A stretch of DNA of 64,000 nucleotides from Candidatus Poribacteria bacterium (GCA_965197475.1 CBDANF010000002.1:608001-672000); one strand, 5' to 3'. Counted from the stretch's first letter, positions 9,757-20,035 are shown. Made by a program: numbers and translations. The notes: generated from the sequence alone by a model not told the origin.

Positions 9757-10131
9757 TCATGATTGTTCTTTGTTGCATTCGGGTTTATGTTCAATCCTTA
9801 TATCTTTTTCAATTCTTAGTCGTTCAGATTTAGAGGAATCTTTTAATTCAAGTACACATATATGGGTCACCTTATGGTCAAGTGCACATTCCCATTTTTC
9901 ATGTTCTTCAACAACTCTTTCCTCAAATGAATGAGATTCCCCTACGTACAGAACTTTCGGTAAATCATTTCCATACTCATCAATACGAGAAATATCAGCA
10001 AATATGTAAACGCCTGAACTATCGGGGAATTTGGGGAAGGGTTTAAAAGGGTCATTCGCTCGGTAACATTTAAATGAATACGATCTGCCAGAACTTCCTT
10101 CAATTGATTGCTGGTCAACTTTTCCAGCCAT
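9757..10131 (-). CDS. Small GIY-YIG-like nuclease-domain protein
   Basis: SGVYIF...VLYVGES...R...H, IEKDI...P.CN pattern; RBS AAGGAG. Confidence 0.65.
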   Translation of the reverse strand: MAGKVDQQSIEGSSGRSYSFKCYRANDPFKPFPKFPDSSGVYIFADISRIDEYGNDLPKVLYVGESHSFEERVVEEHEKWECALDHKVTHICVLELKDSSKSERLRIEKDIRIEHKPECNKEQS

Positions 10132-10197
10132 AGTTTTTATCTCCTTTGTGTTAAAGCGCAGATTTCGCCTCCGCGCAGGACATGGATATCAGCGTTT

Positions 10198-10779
10198 TCA
10201 CTCAATATGCAGATATTGGTTTTCTTTTACTAAGGACACAACTTGATTTGCAAAATCATCACGAACCATCAAGTCAGAAATTTTAACGGCTATTCGGTTA
10301 GCGCGTCTATCATGATTAATACTGTTGACAAATTCCAAAACGTCTTTGCCAGCCTGTTCTGCTGCAATATCAAGTGCTTTATTAGCACCAAACGTTTTTA
10401 CCATTTCTAACAACTCTGAATCTGATTTGTTCCCAAGCTCCGAATCATGTTCAACAATAAAACCAGTGGCGACACGCACCGCAAGTGGCGACAAGGCTGC
10501 AGCTATTTTCTCCTTGCGTATTCTTTCTTTCCTTTCTTTCCAGAGTCTTTCCGCCATCATAATCCCAGACATTACAAATCCTCCCAATTCTATGAAAAGT
10601 GTTGATAATAGTAGAAAGAGCGGAATTAAAGCACTTATGTTGATCAGAGTGGATTGTAATGAGTTCTTTTCGTCTATCCATAGCCAGTATGGGGCAATCA
10701 TTACTGCTGCAATCCATATTGCTATAGGCATCCACTTCTTTATGATTTCTCTCGCGTTCTTACTATCTTCTTTATCCAT
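10198..10779 (-). CDS. Hypothetical membrane protein (2 N-terminal TM helices)
   Basis: 193-aa AT-rich ORF; upstream extended -10 TGGTATAAT on the minus strand near 10845-10853. Confidence 0.55.
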   Translation of the reverse strand: MDKEDSKNAREIIKKWMPIAIWIAAVMIAPYWLWIDEKNSLQSTLINISALIPLFLLLSTLFIELGGFVMSGIMMAERLWKERKERIRKEKIAAALSPLAVRVATGFIVEHDSELGNKSDSELLEMVKTFGANKALDIAAEQAGKDVLEFVNSINHDRRANRIAVKISDLMVRDDFANQVVSLVKENQYLHIE

Positions 10780-11528
10780 TTGCTTAGGTGTTCAATTTTA
10801 ACGGTTGCAACCCAGTGGGTGGAATCTCATCGTTCCACTCACGTATTATACCATATCTAATTGACAAAATATCATAATAGCTTGTTTTATACCATACACC
10901 TTTCGCACTGCTGGTGCTTGGTTTCTTGTGGTATACTTTTCTTCTATACACCTTTCGCACCGCTGGTGCTGAGATACGATTGACTATAGCCTCGGAGAGG
11001 CAGCATGCGCGTATGGCATGCTGCATGAGGTGTCCAGCAGCTGATGTCTGTGTTTACCAAGCCCCAGAGGGGCAGCATGCGCGTATGGCATGCTGCATGA
11101 GGTGCATATTTTTTCCACCGCATAACACTAAAATTGACGCATAAGGGTATAGCAAGCTCTACCCGACGGACGAAATAATGCAATACAATCTCTTAGAAAT
11201 GGTATTACTATATCACAAAAAGGACTAAAACCTCAAGTTAAAATGGGTGTGTAAGTTTTTGTCATTGTATATAGGACGTTTTGCACGTCCCACGGACGTG
11301 CTAATGTCAAGCGGTACAAGAAATGGGACGTGTTTTTCGTTTTTTTTTGCCCCTCGTTTTGTTTACTGTGGATTTTTGCGATAAATTGACACCATTATAT
11401 TTACTATGTAATAATTATATTAACATAAACAGATATGTTTGTCAAGTAAAAATTTCTATAGGTGTTTAATGACATAACTTTACACACCCTATTATGATAA
11501 ATATACAATTGACGGACACCGTTGCCCG

Positions 11529-11551
11529 GCGCGCTTACAAAGCGCGCCTAC
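11529..11551. repeat. GTAG-type REP-like palindrome GCGCGCTTACAAAGCGCGCCTAC (family)
   Basis: Further copies at 22693-22715, 26773-26795, ~41171-41190, 41744-41766, ~41790-41812. Confidence 0.85.
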
Positions 11552-11616
11552 CAATGAATGTAAGAGGCGCGTGAATTGCGCGACTACAAACGACACAACT
11601 CCCAAAATATAGTCTA

Positions 11617-12576
11617 TCAACGCTTAAGTGCTTTACTATCTTTGAGATATTTGTAGAGTTCGCTATCGGTTGTCAAGATAAGTTTCGTACTTGCGTTGCT
11701 TGTTTTGCGATAGGTTTCAAGGGTTTGGAGGAAGGCGAAGAACTCTGGGTCTTTGCCGTGCGCTTCAGCATAAATCTGGATGGCTTGTGCATCAGCATCC
11801 CCTTTAAGCTGTTCAGCTTCCTTGTATGCCTCCGATTGGATACGTTCTAATTCCTTCTGTTTTTGCCCCATGATATTCGCCGCTTCACCTTCGCCTTCCG
11901 ATTTGTATTTCTCGGAGATACGCTGCCGTTCCGAAATCATGCGGTCAAAGACTTTCTGTCGGACTTCCTCTACATAGTTAATCCGTTTCACTTGAACATC
12001 AACGAGTTCAATCCCAAATCTTGGAAGTGCTTCTTGTGCCTTTTCACGGATCATCTGTGTAATTTTTTCTCTGCCAATCTTAATTTCTTCCAACGGTTCG
12101 TCTGACTGTCCTTCCTCATCTTCAAGGATTTCTCTATTAGGGTCTAACACCCGGTTTGAATTTCTGACAACTTCAATCAGCAGCTGCGCTGTCACTAAAT
12201 CACGCGCTGCAGAGTCAATAATATCATCTAAACGTGATTGTGCAAGCTCTTCTGTTCCGAGTGCCTGATAGAATTGGAGTGCATCTTTAATCCGCCAACG
12301 CGCTGTAGTATCAAGCCAGATAAATTTCTTGTCCTTAGTGGGAATCTGGTTTGGAGAACCATCCCATTCAAGGATGCGCTTCTCAAAGCGATGGACATCC
12401 TGAATAAATGGTGTCTTTATTTTTAATCCCGCATCAACAATAGGTTGTCCAATAGGACGACCGAATTCAGTAAGGACAACTTGTTCGCCTTCTTTCACAA
12501 TGTAGAACGCACCTGAGGCAAATATAACCCCCAGAATGACAACGATAATCAAGGGTATCAGTATCTTGGATTTCAT
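11617..12576 (-). CDS. hflC: FtsH protease modulator HflC
   Basis: N-terminal TM, SPFH domain, RMISERQRI, KDPEFFAFLQTLETY; directly follows hflK. Confidence 0.92.
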   Translation of the reverse strand: MKSKILIPLIIVVILGVIFASGAFYIVKEGEQVVLTEFGRPIGQPIVDAGLKIKTPFIQDVHRFEKRILEWDGSPNQIPTKDKKFIWLDTTARWRIKDALQFYQALGTEELAQSRLDDIIDSAARDLVTAQLLIEVVRNSNRVLDPNREILEDEEGQSDEPLEEIKIGREKITQMIREKAQEALPRFGIELVDVQVKRINYVEEVRQKVFDRMISERQRISEKYKSEGEGEAANIMGQKQKELERIQSEAYKEAEQLKGDADAQAIQIYAEAHGKDPEFFAFLQTLETYRKTSNASTKLILTTDSELYKYLKDSKALKR

Positions 12577-12599
12577 CGGGAAACTCCTTTTGTTGTAAA

Positions 12600-13547
12600 T
12601 TACTCTTTCAGCTGCAGAATCGGAATGGGTGAGTTGGCTTTATCGTCAATGATATAAATTTCCTTAACCAGAGGCAAAACTTCCTGCATTGTTTCCAGGT
12701 AAAGCCGTTGGCGAGTCACCTCTTTCGCTTTTTGATACTCCGATCGTATTGAATTGAATCTATCCGCGTCCCCTTTTGCTTGGTTAACACGTTTCAGGGC
12801 ATAACCTTGTGCTTCTGAAATTTGTTGTAATGCTAACCCTTTGGATTTCGGAACAGATTGGTTGTAATCACGCCACGCTTCGTTGATGAGACGTTCTTTT
12901 TCCTGCTTTGCCTCGTTAACCGCGTTAAAGGCAGATTTCACCTTTTCTGGCGGATTCACATCCTGCAGCGTCACGTTAGCTACATCCAAGCCAGTTTCAT
13001 ACAAATCAAGCAGTGTCTGCAGATGTTTTTCAACTTCCGCTGCAATTTCTATACGTCCAACGGTTAGAACTTCGGTTACAGTACGGTCTCCAATTATTCG
13101 ACTCGTCACTGATTCTGATAGGTCTCGCAAAGCTTGCCGCGGGGCCCTTACAGAGAATAGATATTTTTCGGGATCATTAATCTTGTACTGAACGACCCAT
13201 TCAACGTCGGCAATGTTAAGGTCTCCCGTTAGCAGCAGAGATTCCTCCCCGTAATCTCCGGGGTCATATTGAGTACGGACACCCGCTTTAAGTGTTCGAA
13301 ACCCGAATTCTTCTTTGAAGACCTTACGAACCTGAACATTTTCGGCTTTTTCTATGCCAAATGGTAACTTGAAGTGGAGTCCAGGTTCGGCTTGTCGGAC
13401 AACTTTTCCGAACATCAGGACAACAGCGATTTCGTCTGCTTCAACAGTATAAAAACTGGTTGCTAAACTCACCAAGACTGCCACACCCAGAATTATAAAC
13501 AAAATGCGTTTTGGGGTGATAAGACGCAAGTATGGATTTAGTTCCAT
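12600..13547 (-). CDS. hflK: FtsH protease modulator HflK
   Basis: LLTGDLNIADVEWVVQYKI, LQDVNPPEKVKSAFNAVNEA, RQRLYLETM; ATG 13547 preceded by AGGAG. Confidence 0.92.
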   Translation of the reverse strand: MELNPYLRLITPKRILFIILGVAVLVSLATSFYTVEADEIAVVLMFGKVVRQAEPGLHFKLPFGIEKAENVQVRKVFKEEFGFRTLKAGVRTQYDPGDYGEESLLLTGDLNIADVEWVVQYKINDPEKYLFSVRAPRQALRDLSESVTSRIIGDRTVTEVLTVGRIEIAAEVEKHLQTLLDLYETGLDVANVTLQDVNPPEKVKSAFNAVNEAKQEKERLINEAWRDYNQSVPKSKGLALQQISEAQGYALKRVNQAKGDADRFNSIRSEYQKAKEVTRQRLYLETMQEVLPLVKEIYIIDDKANSPIPILQLKE

Positions 13548-13605
13548 GATAATTTCTCCTTCATTTTCACTATTACTTTTAGGCGATTGCCCAAGATTAA
13601 ACATT

Positions 13606-14589
13606 TCAAATTTCATATCTGACCAACTTCCGAGCAGCATCAACAATCTGTTCTGTATCTGGAATAACAAAGTTCTCCATCACGGGTGCGAAAGGGACAG
13701 GTACTGGCGCAGCAGTAACACGTTCAATTGGTGCATCAAGATAATCAAACGCTTCACGAACAACGAGCGCAGCAATCTCTGCACCGAACCCTGCTCTACC
13801 AACCGCTTCATGCGCAATTAACAGCCGATTGGTTTTCTTGACAGAGTCAAAAATGGCTTCTTTGTCAAGCGGCATTAATGTTCTCGGATCAACGACCTCG
13901 GCTGAAATACCTTCTTCAGCAAGTTCATCCGCAGCATCAAGTGCTTTCAATACCATGCGCGATGTCGCGAAAATCGTTATATCTTCACCTTCACGTTTAA
14001 CATCTGCCATCCCTAACGGAATCGTATACTCCTCATCGGGAATTTCACCCTCTTCAGTATAGAGCAGTTTATGTTCAATAAACATAATCGGGTTATCGTT
14101 TCGGATAGCGGTTTTTAGCAAACCTTTTACGTCATAAGGGGTAGCGGGCATCACAACGAGGAGTCCTGGAATATGCACAAACCACGCCTCAAGACTTTGT
14201 GCGTGCTGTGCAGCGGACGAACGTCCCGCACCTCCTTGTGTGCGAATAACAAGCGGTACATCTAACTGTCCACCCACCATATATCGGATTTTTGCAACTT
14301 GATTGACAATCTGATCCATACCGACCGCTGTGAAGTCGATGTACATCAGTTCGGCGACAGGACGCATGCCTGTAACAGCGGCACCGAGTGCTGTGCCGAT
14401 GATAGCAGCTTCAGAAATCGGAGTGTTTCGGATACGATCCTTCCCAAATTGCTTGAAAAGACCGTCCGTGACCTTGTATGCCCCGCCATACTCAGCAATA
14501 TCTTCCCCCATGAGAAAGACTGCATCGTCGCGTTCCATCTCCTCTATCAGTGCCTCTTTCAGAGCATCACGATAGGTAATTGTTTTCAT
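13606..14589 (-). CDS. Pyruvate/acetoin (2-oxoacid) dehydrogenase E1 beta subunit
   Basis: MGEDIAEYGG, RNTPISE, GMRPVAELMYIDF, AAQHAQSLEAW, FDYLDAPIERV. Confidence 0.9.
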   Translation of the reverse strand: MKTITYRDALKEALIEEMERDDAVFLMGEDIAEYGGAYKVTDGLFKQFGKDRIRNTPISEAAIIGTALGAAVTGMRPVAELMYIDFTAVGMDQIVNQVAKIRYMVGGQLDVPLVIRTQGGAGRSSAAQHAQSLEAWFVHIPGLLVVMPATPYDVKGLLKTAIRNDNPIMFIEHKLLYTEEGEIPDEEYTIPLGMADVKREGEDITIFATSRMVLKALDAADELAEEGISAEVVDPRTLMPLDKEAIFDSVKKTNRLLIAHEAVGRAGFGAEIAALVVREAFDYLDAPIERVTAAPVPVPFAPVMENFVIPDTEQIVDAARKLVRYEI

Positions 14590-14648
14590 TTTTCGTTTGT
14601 TCCTTTCATAACGTTGTTTTCGGTATCTCTATGGGACAGGTGCTTCTT

Positions 14649-14739
14649 ATACCAAATTAACTTGACTCCAATCTATCGGTGCGGTTAGGAAACCGCACCT
14701 ACCGTCCGGAAAATAGGAAAAATCCCATTAATTTGGTAT
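14649..14739. mobile_element. Short MITE-like unit with TACCAAATTAA ends carrying a REP (family)
   Basis: ATACCAAATTAA...TTAATTTGGTAT around GGTGCGGTTAGGAAACCGCACCTAC. Other copies at 22667-22757 and 41130-41326, the latter with a nested copy at 41193-41282. Confidence 0.65.
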
Positions 14740-15684
14740 TGTTCCTTGCTCTTTCGTCTAAACTGATGAAGGACGTTCTTGCACTACAGGAATGACGTAA
14801 CTCCGAATTGTCACACCGTCCACTGTTTCTGTCTCTGCCAACGGTTGTGGCTTCTCGCGATGATCAAACACAACATAATAGCCCTCCATAGTTTCTTCTA
14901 ATTCCATATATACAGCGAGTTGCTTTTTACCTGCGGCGTAGCGGTTACTTCCTTCCCAAATCTTGGTTTCAACGATGTATTTTTGCTGATTGTGGATGAG
15001 GAGAAGATCCATCCTGCCTCGTCCTGTCTGCACTTCAAGGTACATGTTTCCGCCTACGCTGCGGACAAACTGCTCAAGGTAGGCATAAAGCAGATGCTGT
15101 CCAACATACTCCTTCGGTGTATCCGGAACTTGCAAGATGCGAAAACCCACACGAGCGATAAAATCCCGGAAGTTATCAAGTAGGGTTACCATATCAATCT
15201 GTCCCGTGGACGTGAGGTAATCCAAAAAACATTCATCGCGCTCTTCAGAGAAATACGCATTCTCCAACCCATTGACTGTCGGTTTGAAAGTCCTTATGAT
15301 ACGGTAGAGATAAATTGGATTGACGATTTCACACATACCGTCAGGTGCCTCTCGGATAACACCGTACGTGGCGAGTTCACTGATGATGTCGTCATCAAGG
15401 TTGAAATCCACACCTTCCTCACGCGCCATTATTTTCATCAACATACTTTCAAATCGACGGTCTCTACGGATATTAGTGTTCCGTCCGCGAAGGAGCTGCG
15501 TATGTGCTTCTGAAAAGTGTAAGGGTGTAATGGTTTCGGTTTTGGGAATATTCATCTCCTCAGTGAGTATCTGCGCGAAGCGGTTCACAAGCACAAGTTG
15601 CCCCGCAGGCTGCCTATGAATAGATGCGATCACCTCCGGTGCAAAATCTTGGCCTACTTCGTCCGTATACTGACAAAGTAGTTC

Positions 15685-16670
15685 CGCTCATGTCAAGAGT
15701 AAGTGCTTTTGACGAGTTTTGCTATAAAATCAACACTGACAGCTTTTAGATTCATGACGAACTCACAGATTGCGACGTAACCGGCGAGGAACTTTTTATG
15801 AACGCCACGAAAGGGACGAAGGAAGTTTCGCAGCGTCGTCCAGGCACCTTCAATCGTCCTTGTATGGATCTCGTAAAGACCATCACCGTCTGCGTCTCTT
15901 GCCCACTCGCCATCCTTATGGAGAACAATCTCACGGGCGCGCTGAATACGGTTATAGCCACGCCAACCATCCGTATACACCGTTGAAGTCGGCAACGTCC
16001 ACTGATGAACGTGTGTTGAAAGCGTCGCAGAATCGGTGTGCCGCACAACACGTAATCTCAGGAGACCGCTTTCGCGACCTTTCGTCCCAACAATAGGCGG
16101 ACGATCATTGTCATAAGTCCCATGTCCCCTGCGTTTATTGCCACGCCGACGCGGCGGATCCGAAGCATCAACGTGCTTATCGCCTTTTTCACCGGCGTTT
16201 TGAAACATCTCATCTGTTTCGACTTCAGCATCAGGTAAAGCAGCTTCGGGTTGTATCTGCTCTGCCGAAGTTTGGAGTTTACGTCTTATAGAAAGAACGG
16301 TTTGACGACTTAGACCCAGTTCACACCCGAGTTGTGCACTTGAAACACCTTGACAGACACCGCGCAAAAGCAGAACGACCTGTGAGGGACGAAACTGCGT
16401 GCCAGCAAAGACCGTCCCGGTATAGAGGTTGTAGATGCTCTCACAGTGTTTGCAGCGATACACTTGTAGACCACTTGTTTCAGTCGGACGGAACTTGCGT
16501 GCCTCCGCCACGCTCGCTTGGCATTTTGGGCAACACAGCCCTTGAAGGTGGAAATGATCCAACACCCACGCTTGAGTTTTTTCTTCATCCATGAGAGATT
16601 GTATTGGAAAGTCCATAGGTAACACGCTAACATAACTTTGAAAAAATAGCACTTACTTTTTACATGAGCC
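15685..16670 (-). mobile_element. IS1595-family insertion sequence (986 bp)
   Basis: Imperfect 23-bp TIR CGCTCATGTCAAGAGTAAGTGCT / AGCACTTACTTTTTACATGAGCC; 8-bp TSD AGTAGTTC at 15677-15684 and 16671-16678. Confidence 0.92.
15693..16652 (-). CDS. IS1595-family (ISXO2-like) transposase
   Basis: Zn ribbon CPKC...YRCKHC; DDE motifs VETDE, VYTDGWRGY, HTRTIEGAW. Confidence 0.9.
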   Translation of the reverse strand: MLFFQSYVSVLPMDFPIQSLMDEEKTQAWVLDHFHLQGLCCPKCQASVAEARKFRPTETSGLQVYRCKHCESIYNLYTGTVFAGTQFRPSQVVLLLRGVCQGVSSAQLGCELGLSRQTVLSIRRKLQTSAEQIQPEAALPDAEVETDEMFQNAGEKGDKHVDASDPPRRRGNKRRGHGTYDNDRPPIVGTKGRESGLLRLRVVRHTDSATLSTHVHQWTLPTSTVYTDGWRGYNRIQRAREIVLHKDGEWARDADGDGLYEIHTRTIEGAWTTLRNFLRPFRGVHKKFLAGYVAICEFVMNLKAVSVDFIAKLVKSTYS

Positions 16671-17397
16671 AGTAGTTCTTGGACCTGTTGTAACGTAAAG
16701 TTTGGTAACCGGAACTCATCTTGGATATTAAACGGTGAAACAGATCGGTCATAGTTAAGTTGACTGATACTCTTAACCCCTACAATCCCAACACTGTGTG
16801 GGCATTGAAGTTCATCAGAAAGATAAATGTGGCGGAGTGTATATAGAAAATCACTCACAACAACATCTTGCGGGATGCCATCAAATTCGTCAATGAGTAA
16901 CACAACTTTCTGATTGCCGAGCAAACTCACTAATTCTTCAAAGAACGCTAACATCGAAAAATGATCGCTTAACTGTGCATCCTCCAAAAATTGCGTTAAG
17001 TCCTCGGTCTGCTTCATTTCCCTTTTTTGGAGGACATACTCAATTTGCCTACGTATCATTTGAGAGAGTCTATCATAAAAAATAGGAGGCGAGGAATTAC
17101 GCATTATTTGGAAATCCAACTGAATAGGGAAATAGGTCGGATCTTCTGTGGTGAGGACATCAAGAGCAAACCGGAAGAAAGTGGTCTTTCCGGTCTGACG
17201 TGGCGCAAAGAGAACGATATACCGTCCATCTTTCACACGGGTGATGAAGTCAGCAATTTCTTCGGTGCGTGGGACAACATAGTGCCGGTCAGGATACACG
17301 CGACCTTGAGTTCCAAAACGCCTCATTTTTTCTCCTTATTGTGAAAGTGCCTCGTCATCAATTGTCCTACATCAGACAGATGGAAGACATGTGCCAA

Positions 17398-18639
17398 TTA
17401 AACAGTCAAGCAAGTGTTGCCTTCAAAAATTACTTCTGGACTATTTTCTCCACGAATTAGTACTATCTCGCCATCGGTTTTAAAGGTATTGTTGTAGAAG
17501 TGAATGTTGTGAATTCCTTCACTCATGCAGTCAACTGCAGCGGGATTACCGACATCAGATTTTCCCGTGAGGATCGTATTCCGATAAATAGTCGTATTTC
17601 TGATACCACCATTCGCACCAGTAGACCAGAGGTGAATACCGCCATAGGTATTCCTTCTACCGTCGTTCTCACTCAAATTGTAGCGAATAATGTTACTATG
17701 GAATGTCCTTGCGCCTTCAAACTGTGCTAACAGATATCCGGCTCCATCGTTATCGTGTGAATAGTTATACTGCACAATTGCGTTCCGCACACCCCCATCC
17801 AAATCAAATCCTCCGCCGTCTTTAGTGCTTCCGGTCCGGTTGTGGTGTGATTCGTTGAACTGAATGAGAACGCGATTTGAATCCCACGTCCAGATACCAA
17901 CAGGACCGCCGTTTTCGTAATCGTTTAACCGACCATTTTGATATGCCTCACAATGCTCAATCGTGGCACCATCTACCTGTGCAAGGACAATACCGTTCCC
18001 CGAATGACTCCCCTTACCGGGAATACCAAAGTTTCTATAGGCACGACTGTTCCCAACATAGATGTCAGTATGAGAATATCCCTCTTCTTCCGGATTCCAT
18101 GCACCTATGCTATTTATGCCGACATCTCCGTTGTCATGAACGTTGGCGTGTGTAATTTTCACATCGCTGAACCCACACCAACCGCCATCAATTGGCTGCG
18201 CGGTGATACCGATCCCAGCCTGCTTAAAACCGCTGACATCAACCTTATCAATGCGGATATATGTCAGTTTTCTGTGTTCCGGCAGCGTATTCAGAAACCA
18301 GATCCCAGAACTGTTATTCTGATCTGTTCCTGCTCCTACGAAGTTGAGGTCTATTATTCGCACACATCCCCGGTTTTTTGCGAAAAAACCGGCACCGATG
18401 CCAGCATCAATTGTTGCCCTACTATCTCCGTATGAACCGAACGTTATCGGTTTCTCTGCGACACCTGTATCCACATCAGACAACGTGAGGTTTCCCCGGA
18501 AGGTCTGATTCGCTTGAAACCACACCGAATCCCCAGGTTGTAATTGAGTAGCATTTACCCGGTCAATGCTCTGCCACGGTTGCTTTTGGGAAATACCTGA
18601 GTTTGAGTCGTCACCGAATGGGCTGATATAGTAATCCAT
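17398..18639 (-). CDS. Right-handed parallel beta-helix protein (probable carbohydrate-active)
   Basis: YYISPFGDDSNSG, LQPGD, DGGGFDLDGG, QYNYSHDNDGAG. Confidence 0.8.
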   Translation of the reverse strand: MDYYISPFGDDSNSGISQKQPWQSIDRVNATQLQPGDSVWFQANQTFRGNLTLSDVDTGVAEKPITFGSYGDSRATIDAGIGAGFFAKNRGCVRIIDLNFVGAGTDQNNSSGIWFLNTLPEHRKLTYIRIDKVDVSGFKQAGIGITAQPIDGGWCGFSDVKITHANVHDNGDVGINSIGAWNPEEEGYSHTDIYVGNSRAYRNFGIPGKGSHSGNGIVLAQVDGATIEHCEAYQNGRLNDYENGGPVGIWTWDSNRVLIQFNESHHNRTGSTKDGGGFDLDGGVRNAIVQYNYSHDNDGAGYLLAQFEGARTFHSNIIRYNLSENDGRRNTYGGIHLWSTGANGGIRNTTIYRNTILTGKSDVGNPAAVDCMSEGIHNIHFYNNTFKTDGEIVLIRGENSPEVIFEGNTCLTV

Positions 18640-18679
18640 TGCAACTGATAAAACGCAAGGAACACCTTCGCTTGAATTA

Positions 18680-20035
18680 TTATGACTTCAGGATTAACTC
18701 ATCCGCCTTCATCCACTCAATCGTCTGCTCAAAAGCATGCACCGTTTTTGTGATGTCTGCTTCTGTATGTGCCGAGGTTGTCATGCCACCGTTCATAGCA
18801 AGGTCAACGCCATTGAGCAGCAACCCACATCGGAGATGCGTAAGCAATTGGTCATCGTTGCCGCCCTTGAGTTTTCGGTAATCCCAAGTGTAAGGATCAA
18901 AATCGGCAGCACACATATCCTTCTCACCGTGTCCTACCAGGAGCCTAATACCTGAGAATTCTCCGTAAATCACCCAGTCTAATCCATACCCATCAATAAC
19001 GTTATTGAGTTTATCGCGAAGTTTTTGTGCGATACGATTTGCCTGTTCATGCGGTTTACCGGTCTTGACAATGTTGAGCATTGCTATGCCTGCAGATGCG
19101 GAGAGTGGATTGGCATTAAATGTGCCGGGATGTGGCATTTTCAACCCCTGTTCCTCTGCCTGCATTGAAATTAACTCAAGAATTTCTTTTTTGCCGACGA
19201 GGGCACCACCGGGAAGTCCCCCTGCTAAAATCTTCGCGAGTGTAGTCAGATCAGGTGTAACGCTATAGTACGCTTGTGCGCCACCGGGTGCAACACGGAA
19301 TCCTGTGATCACTTCGTCGAAAATGAGTAGCACCCCATACTCATGTGTAAGTTGACGAAGTTGTTGTAAAAACACGCCATCAGTCGGAACGATCCCAAAG
19401 GACGCACCTGTCGGCTCCAGAATAACACAAGCGATGTCTTTATCCGTTTTCAAAAGGTTTTCAACAGCATCAATAGCGTTCGGTGGACAGAGAAGGGTTG
19501 TCCCGCGCACCTCTTGCGGAATGCCCGGCACAGACGCATCAAAGGGTGGATATGCTCCTAAAATTAGGCTGTCGTGCCAACCGTGAAAATGCCCGGCAAA
19601 CTTCAACACCTTATTCTTGCGCGTGTAGGTGCGAGCAAGACGAATCGCCATGAGTGTCGCCTCAGTGCCAGAACTAACAAACCTTACTCGTTCTGCTGAA
19701 GGAATCAGCTGGGTTACGAGACTACCCCATTCCAATTCAAGCGGATGACATGCGCCGTAATGCGTGCCGCGATGCATCTGTGCAGTTACGGCTTCTACAA
19801 TATCAGGTGGATTATGACCAAGTAGCAATGCCCCGTGCCCTGCCCAATAGTCTATGAACGTTTTGTTTTCAAGTCCCCATTTTTTCGCACCATCAGCACG
19901 AGTAATATAAATCGGAAATGGGGACATATAACGGCTATCATGCGTTACACCGTCAGGGAAGAGTTGATTTGCTGCCTGCGCCAATTCTCTGTCTTTTGCA
20001 AAGGTTTTTTGATACCGCTCCAAAATTGTTGGCAT
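18680..20035 (-). CDS. Class III PLP aminotransferase, glutamate-1-semialdehyde aminomutase-like
   Basis: RFVSSGTEATLMAIRLAR, GHFHGWHD, LIFDEVITGFR, AKILAGGLPGG, GTFNANP. Confidence 0.85.
   Translation of the reverse strand: MPTILERYQKTFAKDRELAQAANQLFPDGVTHDSRYMSPFPIYITRADGAKKWGLENKTFIDYWAGHGALLLGHNPPDIVEAVTAQMHRGTHYGACHPLELEWGSLVTQLIPSAERVRFVSSGTEATLMAIRLARTYTRKNKVLKFAGHFHGWHDSLILGAYPPFDASVPGIPQEVRGTTLLCPPNAIDAVENLLKTDKDIACVILEPTGASFGIVPTDGVFLQQLRQLTHEYGVLLIFDEVITGFRVAPGGAQAYYSVTPDLTTLAKILAGGLPGGALVGKKEILELISMQAEEQGLKMPHPGTFNANPLSASAGIAMLNIVKTGKPHEQANRIAQKLRDKLNNVIDGYGLDWVIYGEFSGIRLLVGHGEKDMCAADFDPYTWDYRKLKGGNDDQLLTHLRCGLLLNGVDLAMNGGMTTSAHTEADITKTVHAFEQTIEWMKADELILKS

Larger units (their letters stand above)
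14758..17326 (-). pseudogene. AAA-type ATPase with C-terminal PD-(D/E)XK-like domain, split by IS1595
   Basis: Walker A APRQTGKTT, Walker B LLIDEFD, SPFNI; C-terminal GRGRMDL...IVETK...QL..Y. Removing the IS and one TSD restores the frame ...QELLCQYTDEVGQDFAPEVIASIH... Confidence 0.85.

Noticed and set aside
10784-11183. ORFs of 76-80 aa with duplicated HARMACCMR; similar ORFs at 28017-28316, 24457-24663 and 41681-41986
   Set aside because: They are translations of palindromic repeat DNA and have no RBS.
11245-11489. Possible MITE with GGGTGTGTAA...TTACACACCC ends
   Set aside because: The inverted ends are visible but imperfect and no TSD was found, so it is not listed as a confident feature.
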